Of a DNA stretch of 64,000 bases, positions 26,878 through 40,165 are shown in pieces. The position numbers were made by a program, and so were the translations under genes. The notes beneath the pieces are model-generated. The model searched no databases, was not told the DNA's origin, and saw only the letters and a program-made list of their open reading frames with translations. This stretch comes from Geosiphon pyriformis uo1. Taxonomy: Eukaryota; Fungi; Glomeromycota. How positions within the stretch are numbered: the first letter of the stretch is position 1; every line of letters begins with the position of its first letter. Location of the stretch: positions 1-64,000 of the forward strand of contig JAAOMT010000665.1 in assembly GCA_016748015.1 (NCBI GenBank), read 5' to 3'.

Positions 26878-27832
26878 TGTTACCAGTAGAATTTTAGCTA
26901 TTAATTAGCATAAAATTACTTTCATAATTCTTATTATTAATTAGCATATATTATTATTATTTCGATTATCACTTATAATTTAATCAAATTATCAAATATT
27001 ATTACTCAATTTGTATCATAAAAATTAAGATGATCAAATTACACAATACCTTAAACCATTTAATATAGTCAAAATTCGCCGAAATTAATGAAAATTGGCC
27101 GAAATAATCAATAGTTTGTAGAAATAACTTGTAGTTTACTAAAATGTATCTTTAGTTTACTGAAATTAGAGCAAAAAGAAAAGTGCAAGTTCAAAGACTA
27201 GTACTACAACAAGTTGTATAAAAAAAGAGCTTCTCTCTTCAAAAAAAAAAATTCTTATATCTCAATATAGTATCTTACTTTAGATATCTTAATTGGAACA
27301 AATCACCTTTTACACATATTAAATAAAAATTAAATATTCGAAAACCAAATTTTTTGAATTATTACACTTGAAATTCCCTCAACACAACTAACATTTTGAA
27401 ATTGATTAGCTACCAATTTCAGTAATTTGTTAGTGACTCCAGGCCTGAATAGAAAACGTTTCTCTTAACAATTATATTTCTTTTACATTTCTTTTATTTT
27501 TTTTTTCTTTTCTTATCATAATTATTAGGATAGCCTACAGACAAAATTCTTATAGAAGAGTTGACTTTTACAGCAAAATAACTACACATTTTTAGTGAGC
27601 TTCTAAATGAGCAATTTCTGGAAAAGAGTTGACATTTACTACAACATAACTACATAAAGTAACTGGCACAGAATTGGCTATTTTACTTATAAGCCCAGTA
27701 GTTCAAATTATAGGAGATAATTTGAAGATAAATTCAGTTATTAGAGGTTCAACTGCTTCCAAAAAACGTGAAATTAGCAACAGACAAACATTAATAGCAT
27801 TTAAAAAAAGAGACCAAAAACTTCTGGTAACA
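26878..27832 (+). repeat. C1 3' LTR
   Basis: TGTTACC...GGTAACA, preceded by a purine tract. Confidence 0.92.
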
Positions 27833-29748
27833 CTGGTAAATTTCTTAAGTTTTGCAATTGGTGCATATATTATTGGTGCTAATGATAATTGTTGTTGTGA
27901 TTGTAGTTGCTGTTGAAGCTGTTGCTGAAGTGGTAGTTGTGGCTGTTGTTGTTGCTGTTTAGCTATTGGTACAACTGGTAATGGATCTATTATGATTACT
28001 GGTGGTAAGTTTTGGTAAACAATAAGAGCAGGTTTGGATTGTTTGGGTTTTGCTAAGTTTGAACAATTGGGATTTGTATTTCTGAGTTTTCCAGAATTGG
28101 GTTTTGATAATTAAATTCTTGATTTTTTTCTTCTTTTTCTTCTGATTTCATTACTTTCTAAGAACTAGTGGTTCCAAAATTTAGGTAAAGTAGCAATAAT
28201 CAAAATTCTAATGGCATTAGGAATTGTAATTTAAAGTCTTCAAAATAATTGTCATAGGTTCTTAATAATTCTGCTCTCTTCTGTTGACTTTGGAATAAAA
28301 ATCTGTTTAATAGGGTTGTTGTATTTCCAGTGGATGTATCTGTTAATGTTATATTGATAGTATTTCTGGATGTATAATAATATAATGAATTAGTTGGTAA
28401 CTTAACTTTTTGTTTCTTCTAAGTAGGTAATTGTATTTGTTTTGAGATTCCTGCTGATGTTTGTAGTTTTTCTTTGTCTTTTTCTGTATAGGTAATAGAA
28501 AATATTTGTTGGATGTAATTTTTAATTTCTCTGTTGATTTCAGTAATAATTGGTATAAAGTTGTGATTTAATAGTAAACTGGTATATTAAATTAATTTGC
28601 TATAGAAATTTTTCTTTATGGATTTTGTATTTATTAATTTTCTTAGGAAATATTTAATTCTTTTATTGATGTAAAAGTTGAAGGCTGATTTTGCTAATAG
28701 TTAGTTGTTGGTTAATTCCAAGTATTAACAGTAGTGTTGAAATAAGGATTTGGCAAATTTTAAATGGTTTGTTTTTCTTCTTTCTGATTCTGCTACTTTT
28801 GAATAGTTGTTGTTGGTGCTGGTTTTTTGTAAAATTATACTTTACAGAAAGCACCAAATATTACAGGTAATTATTTGAGATCTGAAACAAATAACAAACT
28901 TATAACTTAATACCCAATTGATATGATGATATTGGTTTTTAAAAATTTTGTATCTAAAAGTTTTGGTTGAGTTCTTTGTATAATAGACAAAGATTTAAGT
29001 ATTGTTTTCCTTATAGCTTTCCAGAATTACAATTCCATTGAATTTTTTTCTCAGCATGGTGGCTGGTAATTCTTCTGGTAAGTTATCCTCAATAATGAGT
29101 GTTTTATCCTTATTTTTGGGTCTTTTACCAGTTCTTTTGATGTCAATAACTCTGCATGTTAATCCTTAATCAATTAGTAAAAAATAACAAAACAAAAAAA
29201 AAAAAGCAAAAAAAAATAAAAAAATAAGTCAAAACAAAAAAAAGTTAGTATCCTGTTAATAACCATAATTAAAAACTATTGGTCCAGTGTAGTTAAGTAT
29301 TAGCAACTATCAACATGAGTTATTAATAGTAGAAAGATTGATTGTAATGTGTTAATAAGTATTTTTATTAATATTTAATGTTTCTATTTTAAGTTATAGA
29401 ATACTATCATATGAAAAGATAAATAGGGAATTGCACTGGAGGTTTTAAGTTAAGGATTCTGTTTTTTCTGTTTCTAATACTACTACTATATATATATAAA
29501 TTTCGTTATACAAAATTTCTTGAATTCCTTAATTCTCTAGCCAGAAATCCAAGAATTTTTGAAATCCTGTAATTCCTTAAGAAAAATTCTGAAATTCTGA
29601 AATCTTGCAATTCTTCATATTGGAATTCTGTAATTCTGAAATTCTGCAATTTTTTTAAGAGAAATCCTGAAATTTTACTTTTACTATATATTATTTTGAT
29701 TGGCTAATTTGTGTACTAATATATAATTCCTATATTTTATGAGTAACA
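27833..29748 (-). mobile_element. Ty3/Gypsy element B2 (5' LTR 28859-29748, PBS, 5' gag up to YAPIAKLKKFT), inserted in B0
   Basis: Reverse complement matches the family-B LTR and gag; PBS reads GCACCA on the plus strand at 28851-28856. Confidence 0.9.
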
Positions 29749-30091
29749 TTGTGCCAAATAAAGACTACTAAATGCATACCTGTTATTACTGCAAACTGTG
29801 CTACTAAAAACATTTTGGTTATCCAAAATAACAAAAAAAGTGAGACAATAAATCATGTTTTGCTTGTGAAGAAACATTACTTAATAAAGGAATATAAAAT
29901 GACATTCCTGGTTGAGAAAAAATGGAGAATACATTATGTTAGTACACAATTCTAATAAGTAATTGGATGAACCAAGAAATGTCTTTCAATGTCATGTAAA
30001 ACTGAGCCCTATCACACTTAGATAGCTATCCCCACAATAAAGACAAAATTTGGTGAATGGCAAATACCAAAGTCAAAAACATCTTACCCAG
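29749..30091 (+). pseudogene. B0: fragment of a family-B pol Cys-rich region that hosts both B2 and B3
   Basis: TCYYCKLC...CFAC...DSYPHNKDKIW aligns with 10445-10790 and 37020-37365. Confidence 0.8.
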
Positions 30092-30845
30092 TATTACTCA
30101 TAGAAATTGCAGAATTCCAGAAATTTTAGGATTCTTATACAAAGAATTGCAGAATTGCAGAATTCTAGGATTCCTTTCAAAGGAATTGCAAGATTCCTGG
30201 TGTAAAGAATTGAGGAATTAAAAAATCTCAATTATGTATATATAGCAGTAGTGTTAGAAGTAGAAAAGGGAGAATCTTTTAGTTAAAGACCTCGCAATTT
30301 GGATTTGATCTAAAACAACTTTCCACTTCACCAATATCAAATAAATAATTATTTCACTATCTTAATCCACTCTTACTATCAACATGGAGTGTTGATAATA
30401 ATTGATACTTAACACTACTGGAACAATAGCTCTTAATCACGGCTATTGACAGGATACTAACATGCAAATTGCTTTGGCTTATTTCTTTTATTTTTTTTAT
30501 TTTTTTTTATTTTTTTTATTATTTTTTTGAATTTACTAATTGATTGAGGATTAAGCACTAAATTATTGATGTTAAGGATTGTTTGGTAAAAAACCCCTGC
30601 AAGTGAGTAAAGCATGTAAAGAAATTATGGATTACTTACCAAAGGAGTATCAGCTATTAAGCTGAAGAAAGAAATTGACAGAATTGTGATTCTGGGAAGC
30701 TACAGATAAACAACTATCAAATCTCTGTTCATTATACAAAAGACTCAACCCAAAACCTTCAAATTACTATTACTGCGAATAGCTACTGAGTACCAAGTTA
30801 CAGGTTTGTTATTTGACTTGAGACCCCAAATAATCACTTATAACA
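30092..30845 (+). repeat. B3 5' LTR
   Basis: T(A)TTACTCA...TATAACA followed by TT-TGGTGCTCCCTGTGAG. Confidence 0.88.
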
Positions 30846-30907
30846 TTTGGTGCTCCCTGTGAGATATAATCCTACAGAAAACCAGTACCAACAACAATCA
30901 TCCAAAA

Positions 30908-32793
30908 GTGGCAGAACCAGAAAACATAAAAACAAACCATTTAGGATTTGCCAAATCTTTGTTTCAATAGTATAACTAACAACTAGGATTAAACAACAAC
31001 TATTATTCAGCAGAATCTGCTTTCTACTTTTATGTCAACAAAAAGATCACAGACTATCTAGGAGGAACAGTTGACATCAAATCAGCAAGAAAAAACTTTT
31101 ATACAAAATTGTTTTAACATACCAGCTTACCAAGAAATTACAGTTTTACACCAATCATCAGGGAAATCAATTAAACCATTGAAAAGTACATTCAACAACA
31201 ATTCCCAATCACCTATGCAGACAAAAAAAAGAGAAGACTACAAATACCAACAACAATACCAAAAGAGATCCAACCACCTACTTGAAAAAAAAACCAGAGT
31301 TGAATCACCAACAAACCCATTATACCACTATACACTTAAAAGTGCCATTAACATCTTATCAATAGGCATGTCTATATCAAATGTGACATCAACATTTGGA
31401 CAGCTCCCATTTCAAAGTAAACAAAAGAAAGCAGAGTTATTAGAGATTTACAGTGATTATTTTAAAGGATTTAAATCGCAATCAACCATCCCATCAGGAT
31501 ACCAATCACCACCACCTCCACCAGATTTTAGAACAGCTAATCTGTAAGAGGTAACAAAATCAAAAGAGGAGGAAAAAGAAGAAGCTGAAGATTAGGAATT
31601 TACTTACCAGAACCCAATTCCAAAAAACCTGGACATTGAAATTCTGAACTTTTAAACTCAGTAAAATCCAAATTTAAAAAATCCAGAAGTCAAAACTCCG
31701 AATATTCAACCACCACAAAATGAGAATAATCCAAATCCCAAATTAATTAATCAACCAAATGTATCTCCAATAATTGTTATCAATTAGCCACTGATTAATT
31801 CAATAGCCAAGTCTCTACCACTAAATCAACAAATTTAACAACCCCTTCAACAACCACAACTACCACAACAACCACCTCAACAACTGATCATACCAATGAC
31901 TTATATTCCTATAGCTAAACTCAAGAAATTCACCAGCAAAGAAGATGATGCCCAAGTATGGCTAAATAATGTAGAAAAAGCCATTGCAACCAACGGATGA
32001 AATGATGCCAGAGCCATGCAAGCCATTTCTTATTTTCTCCAGGATACTGCCAACTCATAATATTAAAGCTTAGCCAACAAATCTTAGGATTTTAATGCAT
32101 TTAAGCTTGCATTTTTACAATACTTCAGCAATAATAATAATATTAATCATCTAGCAAATATCTTTACCACCATCAAACAAAGAGATACTGAAGCAATTAC
32201 CACTTACTTAGGACATTTCTATCAAAATCTGCACCAAATACAAGCCATCAATGCTGATTATTTCACTGTAGCCCAGATCCTGAATCAGTTTATTTGCAGA
32301 TTATACAGTAGCATTCTACAACACATATGACCATTACACCCAGTCAACTTACAAGATACAGTTACATGTGCTAGAAATTTTGAATCAGCTGAATTAGAAA
32401 CTAATTATGCCCAAGCCATAAATCTAGTAATAAATAGATTATTTGACTTGGATTTCAAACTAAAGTAATTCAGTGATTCGATCAATCAGAAAATTAAAGA
32501 ATACTTAGCTAACAATTGTGCAATTTATTAACCACTACAATGATGCAATAATTCAGGAAATGCGAATTATTTTTAAAATCAATTACATCTATTATTATTA
32601 TCCAATTAGCTGTGACAGCCAAAAATGTGTGTTTGTTACCACTGTAATAAACAAGACCATATCTGAGCTAACTGTTATTTTTATAGTAACTTACAATCGG
32701 GAAATCAATATTGAAACCCCGATCACAATGTTTACATTTCAAATTATTACTCAAATCAAAATCAACATTAGTCTACTTATCTGCCAATGACAT
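30908..32793 (+). pseudogene. gag: B3 gag (5' part)
   Basis: GTG-AEPENIKTNHLGFAKSLF; capsid MTYIPIAKLKKF at 31896; degenerate zinc knuckle at ~32630. Confidence 0.85.
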
Positions 32794-33762
32794 TATTACT
32801 CATAAAATATAGAAAGTATATTATTATTAGCAAGTAGATATTAGCCAATCAGAAGTAGACGTAGTAAATATGGAATTTCAAGATTCCTCTTAGAGGAATT
32901 GCAAGATTCTAAGAATTTCAGGATTCTCTGGCAAGGAATTACAGGATTCCAGAATTGCAGGATTCCTCTCATTAGGAATTGCAGAATTCCAGGAATTCCA
33001 GAATTCCTGTTACAAGGAATTAAAGAATTAAGGAATCTCAAATATGTATATATAGCAGTAGTATTAGAAGCAGAAGAGAATGGACACCAAGAATTTTTAG
33101 CTTAGTTACCACAATTCTCAAATAAATAATTATTCATTATATCAAATTTATTCTTCACTATTAACATGAAGTGTTGATAGTAACTGATACTTAACTATAC
33201 TAGAACAATAGCTTTTAATCATGGCTATTGATGGGATACTAACTTGCAAATCATCTTGGCTTATTTCTTATTTTCTCTTTTATCTTTTCTTTATTTTCTT
33301 TATTGTCTACTAACTTAATTAAAAGATTTACTTTTGGAGGACTTATGGAGGAATAAAACTTACTTAAACAATACTTACTCTTGGGGAACTTACAAAGGAA
33401 TAAACTTACTTAAACAATACTTATTCTTGGAAGACTTATGAAGGAATAAACTTGCTTAAACAATACTTACTCTTGAAGGACTTACAAAGAAACTAACATC
33501 AAGAAACAGCACTAGTATACACTTATGGAGGATATCATACCAGAAGAATCATCAACCATCAAGCTGAGCAGCAATTAACGAAACTACAGTTTCAGGAAAC
33601 TACTAATAAACTGTTATTATTGAATCTCTGTCCATTATACAAAGAACTCAATTGGAAAACCTTCAGATAAAATACCTTCAGATTATCATCATCACCAATC
33701 GCTTTGAGCACCAAGTTATGGGTTTGTTATTTACTCAATACCCCAAAAAATTACCTGTAACA
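32794..33762 (+). repeat. B4 5' LTR
   Basis: Collinear with 42246-42300 plus 50239-51152, including a ~46-bp tandem array. Confidence 0.92.
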
Positions 33763-33823
33763 TTTGGTGCTCCCTGTGAGGTATAATTCTACAGAGAACC
33801 AGTACCAACAACACCATCCAAAC

Positions 33824-36800
33824 ATGGCAGAATTAGAAATTATAGGAGCCAACCACTTAGGATTTGCAAAATCCTTGTTTTAACAATACAGCCAACAATT
33901 AGGATTAAACAGTAATCACTACCCAGCCAAATCAGCTTTTAATTATTATGTCAACAATAAAATCACAGACTGTTTAGGAGAAACCATTAATATCAAGTCA
34001 GCAAGAGAAAATTTTTATACAGAATTATTTCAACACACCAGCTTACCAAGAAATCACAGTTTCGCCCTAATTATCAGGAAAATTAATCAAACTATTGAAA
34101 GATACACACAACAACAATTTCCCATTATCTACGCAGACAAAAGTAAAGGAAGAATACAAACACCAGCAGCAACACCAAAAAGAATACAATTATCTAGTTG
34201 AAAGAAACACAGAGTAGAATCACCAACTGCTTCATTATATCACTACACACCTGGAAGCGTTATCAACATTTTATCAGCAGATGCATTCACATCAAACGTA
34301 ACATCAACATTTGAAAGATTTCAGTTTCAAAGCAAACAATGGAAAGAAGACTTACTAGAACCATATGGCGCATATTTTGAAGGATTTAAATCATGATCCC
34401 CAATGCCATCAGGAATTCAATTACTAATACCCCAACCAGATTTTGGAGCCACTACTCCATGGGAATTATCAGAGAAAGAAGAGGAAGAAAGTGAAGATCA
34501 AGGATTTACTTACCAAAACCCGATCTCAGAAAACTTGGAATTCAGAACCCCAAATGTTCAAACTCTGCAAAATCCAAACATAGAAAATTCGGAAATTGAA
34601 ACTTTGAATATTAGAACTCAGCAAAATTAATACAATCAGAACCCTGATTTAATTAATCAGCCAAACATACCTCCAAATATCATTATTGATCATCCACCAA
34701 TTGATCCAATAGTCAAACCCATTCAGCAGCCACCTCAACAACCAAATCCGCAAATTCAACAGCCACAAGGACCACCTCAGCAACCACTACTGCAACAACA
34801 ACTGCTACAACAGCCACAACAACAACTAAATGTAAACCAAATGGCTTATGCACCCATTGCCAAGTTAAAAAACTTTACTGGTGAAGAAGACAATGCTCAA
34901 GCATGGATCAATGACATCTTTAAGGCCATCATAGCGAACAATTGGGATGACACCAAAGCTCTACAGGCAATCCCATATTTTCTTAAAGAAACTATTAACT
35001 TTTGGTACCAGAGTTTAGCTGCCAGACCACAAACATTTCAACAATTCAAAACTGCCTTTTTGAGATATTTTAGCAACAATAACAGTATTAATTGTCTAGC
35101 TAATACTTTCACCACAATCAAACAGAATAATACTAAAGCAGTCACAATATACCTAGGATGCTTTCATAGAGTCCTATGCCAAATTCAAGCCATTGATGCC
35201 ATGTATTTCACAGAACCCCAGATCCTTAACCAGTTTATTCATGGCCTGTGCAGTAGCATTTTGCAACACATACGTCCATTACATCCAGCCAACCTTCAAG
35301 CCACAGTCACACATGCCAAAGATTTTGAATCAGCTGAGCTAGAAGCCAACCACACTCAACCTGTAAATTTAGTAATAAATGGATCATCTGATTTGGATTC
35401 CAAATTGAAGCAAATCAGTGATACCATCAATCAGAAAATAGAGGGATACTTAGCTAATAATAGCATGATTTATCAACCTCCTTAACGATGTAACAATCAG
35501 CAAAATGCGAATTGTTTCCAAAATCAGTTACATTCAACGTCATTATCCAATCGGCAGTGGCAGCCAGAGACATGTGTCTACCACAACTGTGGTAAACAAG
35601 GCCACATAAGAGCCAACTACAATGCTTATAACCGACAATTGGGAAATCAATATTAGAACTCTAATCACCAATTCCAAACCCCCAAATCAATATCAAAATC
35701 AAGAGCAAAATCAAAACACTTACCTACCAATAATGCAGCAGCCAATTTATTAAGCACCAGTATATTAGACTCCAGTTTATCAACTGCAGCCACCAGCAAT
35801 ATATCAACCACAGCCATCCATAATATATCAACCACAGTCACAAGTAATCTATTAACCTTCAACTATTCAAATACCACCCTAAAATTTACTTTAACACAGA
35901 ATCCAAAGACCAAGAATAACACAGCAAAACTGGAGATTAGTAATAGTTGTCTACCAACCAATTCCCAGTTCCTCCAACTCACTATTAGGATCGCATTTTC
36001 AGAATTCAGATACTGGTGCCACCCAAAACCCGAATTGCCAGAACTATTTAAGTCTTCTGATTACTCCAGAAGACGTCACACCCAGCAACCTGGAAACCAA
36101 CCCAATCCAAAAACTTACCAGCAATATACCACTAGCAACAGTCACTGAAAATGAAACATTAGTAGCCATCTTTCTGTTTGAGTTTGAAAAAACCATCCCA
36201 GTTCTATTATTTAGTAGAGCCATCCTTGAAGAGAAACCCATTACAGCAATGTATACTGATGCCAAAGTAGATAGCCATTCCATCAAATTAATTCTAGACA
36301 GCAGTTTAGCAGGCAGCATTATTACATGACAATTCATAGACCAATTAGGTCACTGAGTTGATCATGCTGCTAGTGCTTGTATAATCATTGCTGATGGAGC
36401 AACCAAAACTCCAATTGGTGAAATTGATGATTTTCCATTTGAAATCAATGGCATTATAATACTCATCAAAGTCTTGGTAATGGAAACCACACAATACCAG
36501 GCTCTCATGGGCAACAATTGGTTGTCAAAAACCCACACTACCCTTGATTGGACCACCCAAGAACTACAATTAACCCTTGGTGGTCAGCATACTTGAACAC
36601 TGGCCACTTTAAGTTAAGCAACGTCCAACCACTCATTGAGTTTAAGGAAAAAACAAGAAAACCTACCTGGGAAGCCTACCAAGTCTTGTGGGCTGACCAA
36701 GACCATAACAAGTTGCCACCAGTACCTTCTTAGAATGACAACATCAAAGGAAAGCAAAAAGAAACAGAACTTACCTGGACCTCTGACCAAGCTTGGGAAA

Positions 36801-39800
36801 CAAAAAATGACTACAATAAACCAGCCAATTGAAAATGGGAAGAGAAAGATAATGGAAAAGAAAAAGAGAAAGAAACCACACTGGAAGAGACCACCAGTAC
36901 CAGCGAAATAACTAGTGGCTGGACCAGTTCATACTTAGTCCATGAGCCACTACCACAACCACCATATATTTTACTCAAATACAAAAACTGTGGAAAGAAA
37001 CTTTCTTCCATGAGAGCATGAATCACACCAGATGAAGACCACTAGACACGAACCCATTACTATTGTAAGCCATGCCATAGAGAACGCTATGGCTACCCAA
37101 AGAAACAGGGCAAGTGGGACAATGAACCATGTCTCACTTGTGGCGAACAACTGCTTGACAAAGGAATGTGGAATAACATTTCTGGTTGAGAAGGAACATT
37201 TGACACTTTGTGCCAATATATGATTCTCATTAGTGACTGGGTAAGTTGTGGTACCCCAATTACAACAGCATGACACTGAACACTCGATTGTTTAGACAGT
37301 TACCCCCACGACAAAAAGGAGATCTGGCAAATAGCCAATGCCAAAGTAGAAGGTGCTACACCCAGTGAAATACTAGAAATTAAGAACAATTCTCCAGAAC
37401 TGGTCAATATCATTTGTATTCCTAACCCAGATGCTTTCATGAATGAAGAAACAGGTCCAGAAAATTTCCACAAATACTACCAAAATTTGGCACCTACAAA
37501 AGAAGAGCAGAAGCAGTGGTTAGAACAACTAAACATCCAATTATATGACCACTGTTTGATTCCCTGTGACTTCCAATATTGTAATGAGTGTGACCTCATT
37601 TACAATCCACTACCATGCATAATCTACACAATTCCAGAGGAAATCAAACCAATTAGTAGCTGCACATCTGAATTGGAATCACCGTTCAATTCCGATTCAA
37701 ACTCCGACAATAATGACGATGAAAACACCAGTTCCAGCTCCGTTCAAATTGGTAATAACAATGACAACAATTCTAACTCAGATTCAAACTCTGACCCAAA
37801 ATATGAACAATACATTGCACTGCCAGACCTCTCCAAAGAGCAGAAGTTAAAATGGTATAGTGACAATAATAAAAGTATTATGCCAAAACGTGTGCATAAT
37901 ACTGATGCCAAGTTTGATCTGAGGTATTCAAGAAAAGATGCCATCAAATTGGAACCACATTTATGCACTTGCATTGATCTGAAAGTAGCATTAGAAATCT
38001 CAGCAACAACAATGGTTCAACTAATATTTAGAAGTAGTTTAGTGAAAAGAGGAATTAATATAAGAGGAGAAATAATTGATGCAGGATATGTAGGAAATAT
38101 CATTGCTATGCTACAAAACGATTCTGAAAAGGCCTATATCATAGAGCCAAATGAAAAGATAGCACAGGCAATATTTCTGCCTCTGGTGAAAATAGCACAG
38201 TTAGTATTAGTGGAAAATAGAGAGGAATTAGAGATAACAGCAAGAGAAATACAGGGATTTGGATCAACGGGTAGAATAGATGTACCAGTCAATATGGTAA
38301 AAGAAAAAATTGTTGACCAAGAAAAAATTATCTCAACAGGTCAAGCAATTTCCATTCTATCATATGGCCAGTACATAGTAGGAATAAAGTGGAAAATAAA
38401 AGAACAGAATCAGATTTTTGAAACAGAACCAACCCTTTGTGAATTAGGTGTGATTGGACTCATCAATCTCCATATATTAGCCAAAGATTACAGCCACATC
38501 AAAATTCTCATCTATAATAACACAGGAAATGTCATAGTAATACCAGCCAGAACCACCATTGGATACTTAAGCACTGAAATAAAGGATCAATCACCAAGCA
38601 TCATTCTGGATTTTCCACAGCTTTGTGGATATGTCAATATTACATCACAAACAATATACAGATGAAGCGAATGTTATTTGCTCCAACCAGAGCAATTGGA
38701 ACAAATAAACATGGGAAACTTAGATTCACTCCAATGTATGCAGCTCAAGATGTTGCTTAACAATTTCAACGACATTTTTGCCAGTAAAAATGAGTTTGGC
38801 TGAACTGACATTATCCAGCATCAAATCAAGACTGGAGATGTAATGCCAATTAAACAAAGAGCATACAGAGTACCACCAGCTAGCCATGAAATCATTCATC
38901 AAGAGATAAACTGAATGTTTAACAATAGGCTAATTCAACCATCAATAAGCCTATAGTCATCACCAGTGGTACTCATCTGGAAGAAAAATGGAAAAATCCA
39001 ATTTTGTGTAGACTACAGAAAACTCAATGGTGTAACTTGTGGAGACAGCTATCCAACCCCAAGAATACAAAAATTGTTCGACACTTTCAGTGGAAACAAA
39101 TAGTTTTCAATATTGGACTTAGATAGTGGTTACTGGCAAGTAGCCATAAATTCAGCCGACAAGAAAAAGATGGCATTTACCACTAGAGAGGGAAATTTCG
39201 AATTTGAAGTAATGCTCTTCGGCTTAACCAATGCCCCAGCCACTTTCCAATGGCTAATGGAAATCGTTTATACTGGCTTATTATGGAAATCAGTAGTTGT
39301 ATACTTGGACAACACCAATGTATTCTTAAAAACATTTGATGATCATTTTCATCATCTTTAACAAGTGTTTGAAAGGCTAAAAAGAGCAGAACTAAAGTTA
39401 AATACAACAAAATGCTTCTTTGGCAAGACAGAACTAAAATTCTTGGGACATATAGTCAGCAAAGACAGCATCAAAACAGATCCAGAGAAAATAGAGATAG
39501 TAAAAAACTTTCCAGTACCAACCAATATGACTGAATTGAAATTATTCTTGGGATTCACAAGCTATTATTGACACTTTATAAAGAACTTTTCAAAGATAAC
39601 TCAACTGCTCAATAATCTGCAAACCAAGAATACAAAATATGAATGGACAGAAAGTCAACAAGAAGCTTTTGATATTCTGAAAAAAAACCCATTCAAGCTC
39701 CAGTACTGATCTACTCAGATCACAACAAACCATTCATCATTACCACCGATGCATCAGACCAAGCATTGGGAGCAGTACTATTTCAGAAGGGACCAGACGG

Positions 39801-40104
39801 CAGAGAAAATCCAGTAGCATATGCCAGCCGAGGTCTAACACCAGCCGAAAAGAACTATGGAACACCAAAACTAGAACATTTAGCAATCTATTGGGCAGTT
39901 ATGAAGTGGAATGAATACTTGAGCCAAAAGTTTGATATATACACAGATCATAAAGAGTTAACATCACTTTAAAAGCAAGAATTTGATGACAGCTGCCAAT
40001 CCAGATAGAAAATAGCACTCTCACAATATACTTATACTATATACTATAAGAAAGAAAAAGACAATAGAAATACTAATGATTTGTCGCAAATAAGACAAAT
40101 CTAA
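33824..40104 (+). pseudogene. gag-pol: B4 gag-pol, disrupted
   Basis: ORFs 34841-35485 (capsid), 37439-38665 (Cys cluster plus dUTPase) and 39113-39972 (RT/RH); ends LSQIRQI-TAA. Confidence 0.92.
37846..38275 (+). CDS. dut: dUTPase domain within B4 pol
   Basis: DAKFDL, RSSL, GEIIDAGYVG, EKIAQAI and QGFGSTG correspond to dUTPase motifs 1-5. Confidence 0.9.
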
Positions 40105-40165
40105 GAACATTTTAACCCAAAAATATAACAAAACCAGAACAATACCAACGAAAATATAATAAAAG

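Larger units (their letters stand above)
18121..27832 (+). mobile_element. Ty3/Gypsy element C1 (5' LTR split by A2), inserted in gag of B2; heavily mutated
   Basis: LTRs 18121-18998 and 26878-27832, PBS at 19001, and a full internal domain set collinear with C2. Confidence 0.93.

Noticed and set aside
32841-33105. ORFs over the GGAATTCC repeats (also 50177-50431)
   Set aside because: Open frames arising from low-complexity U3 repeats; no coding signal.
33328-33490. CRISPR-like array
   Set aside because: Head-to-tail repeats with no unique spacers, no cas genes, and a eukaryotic LTR context.
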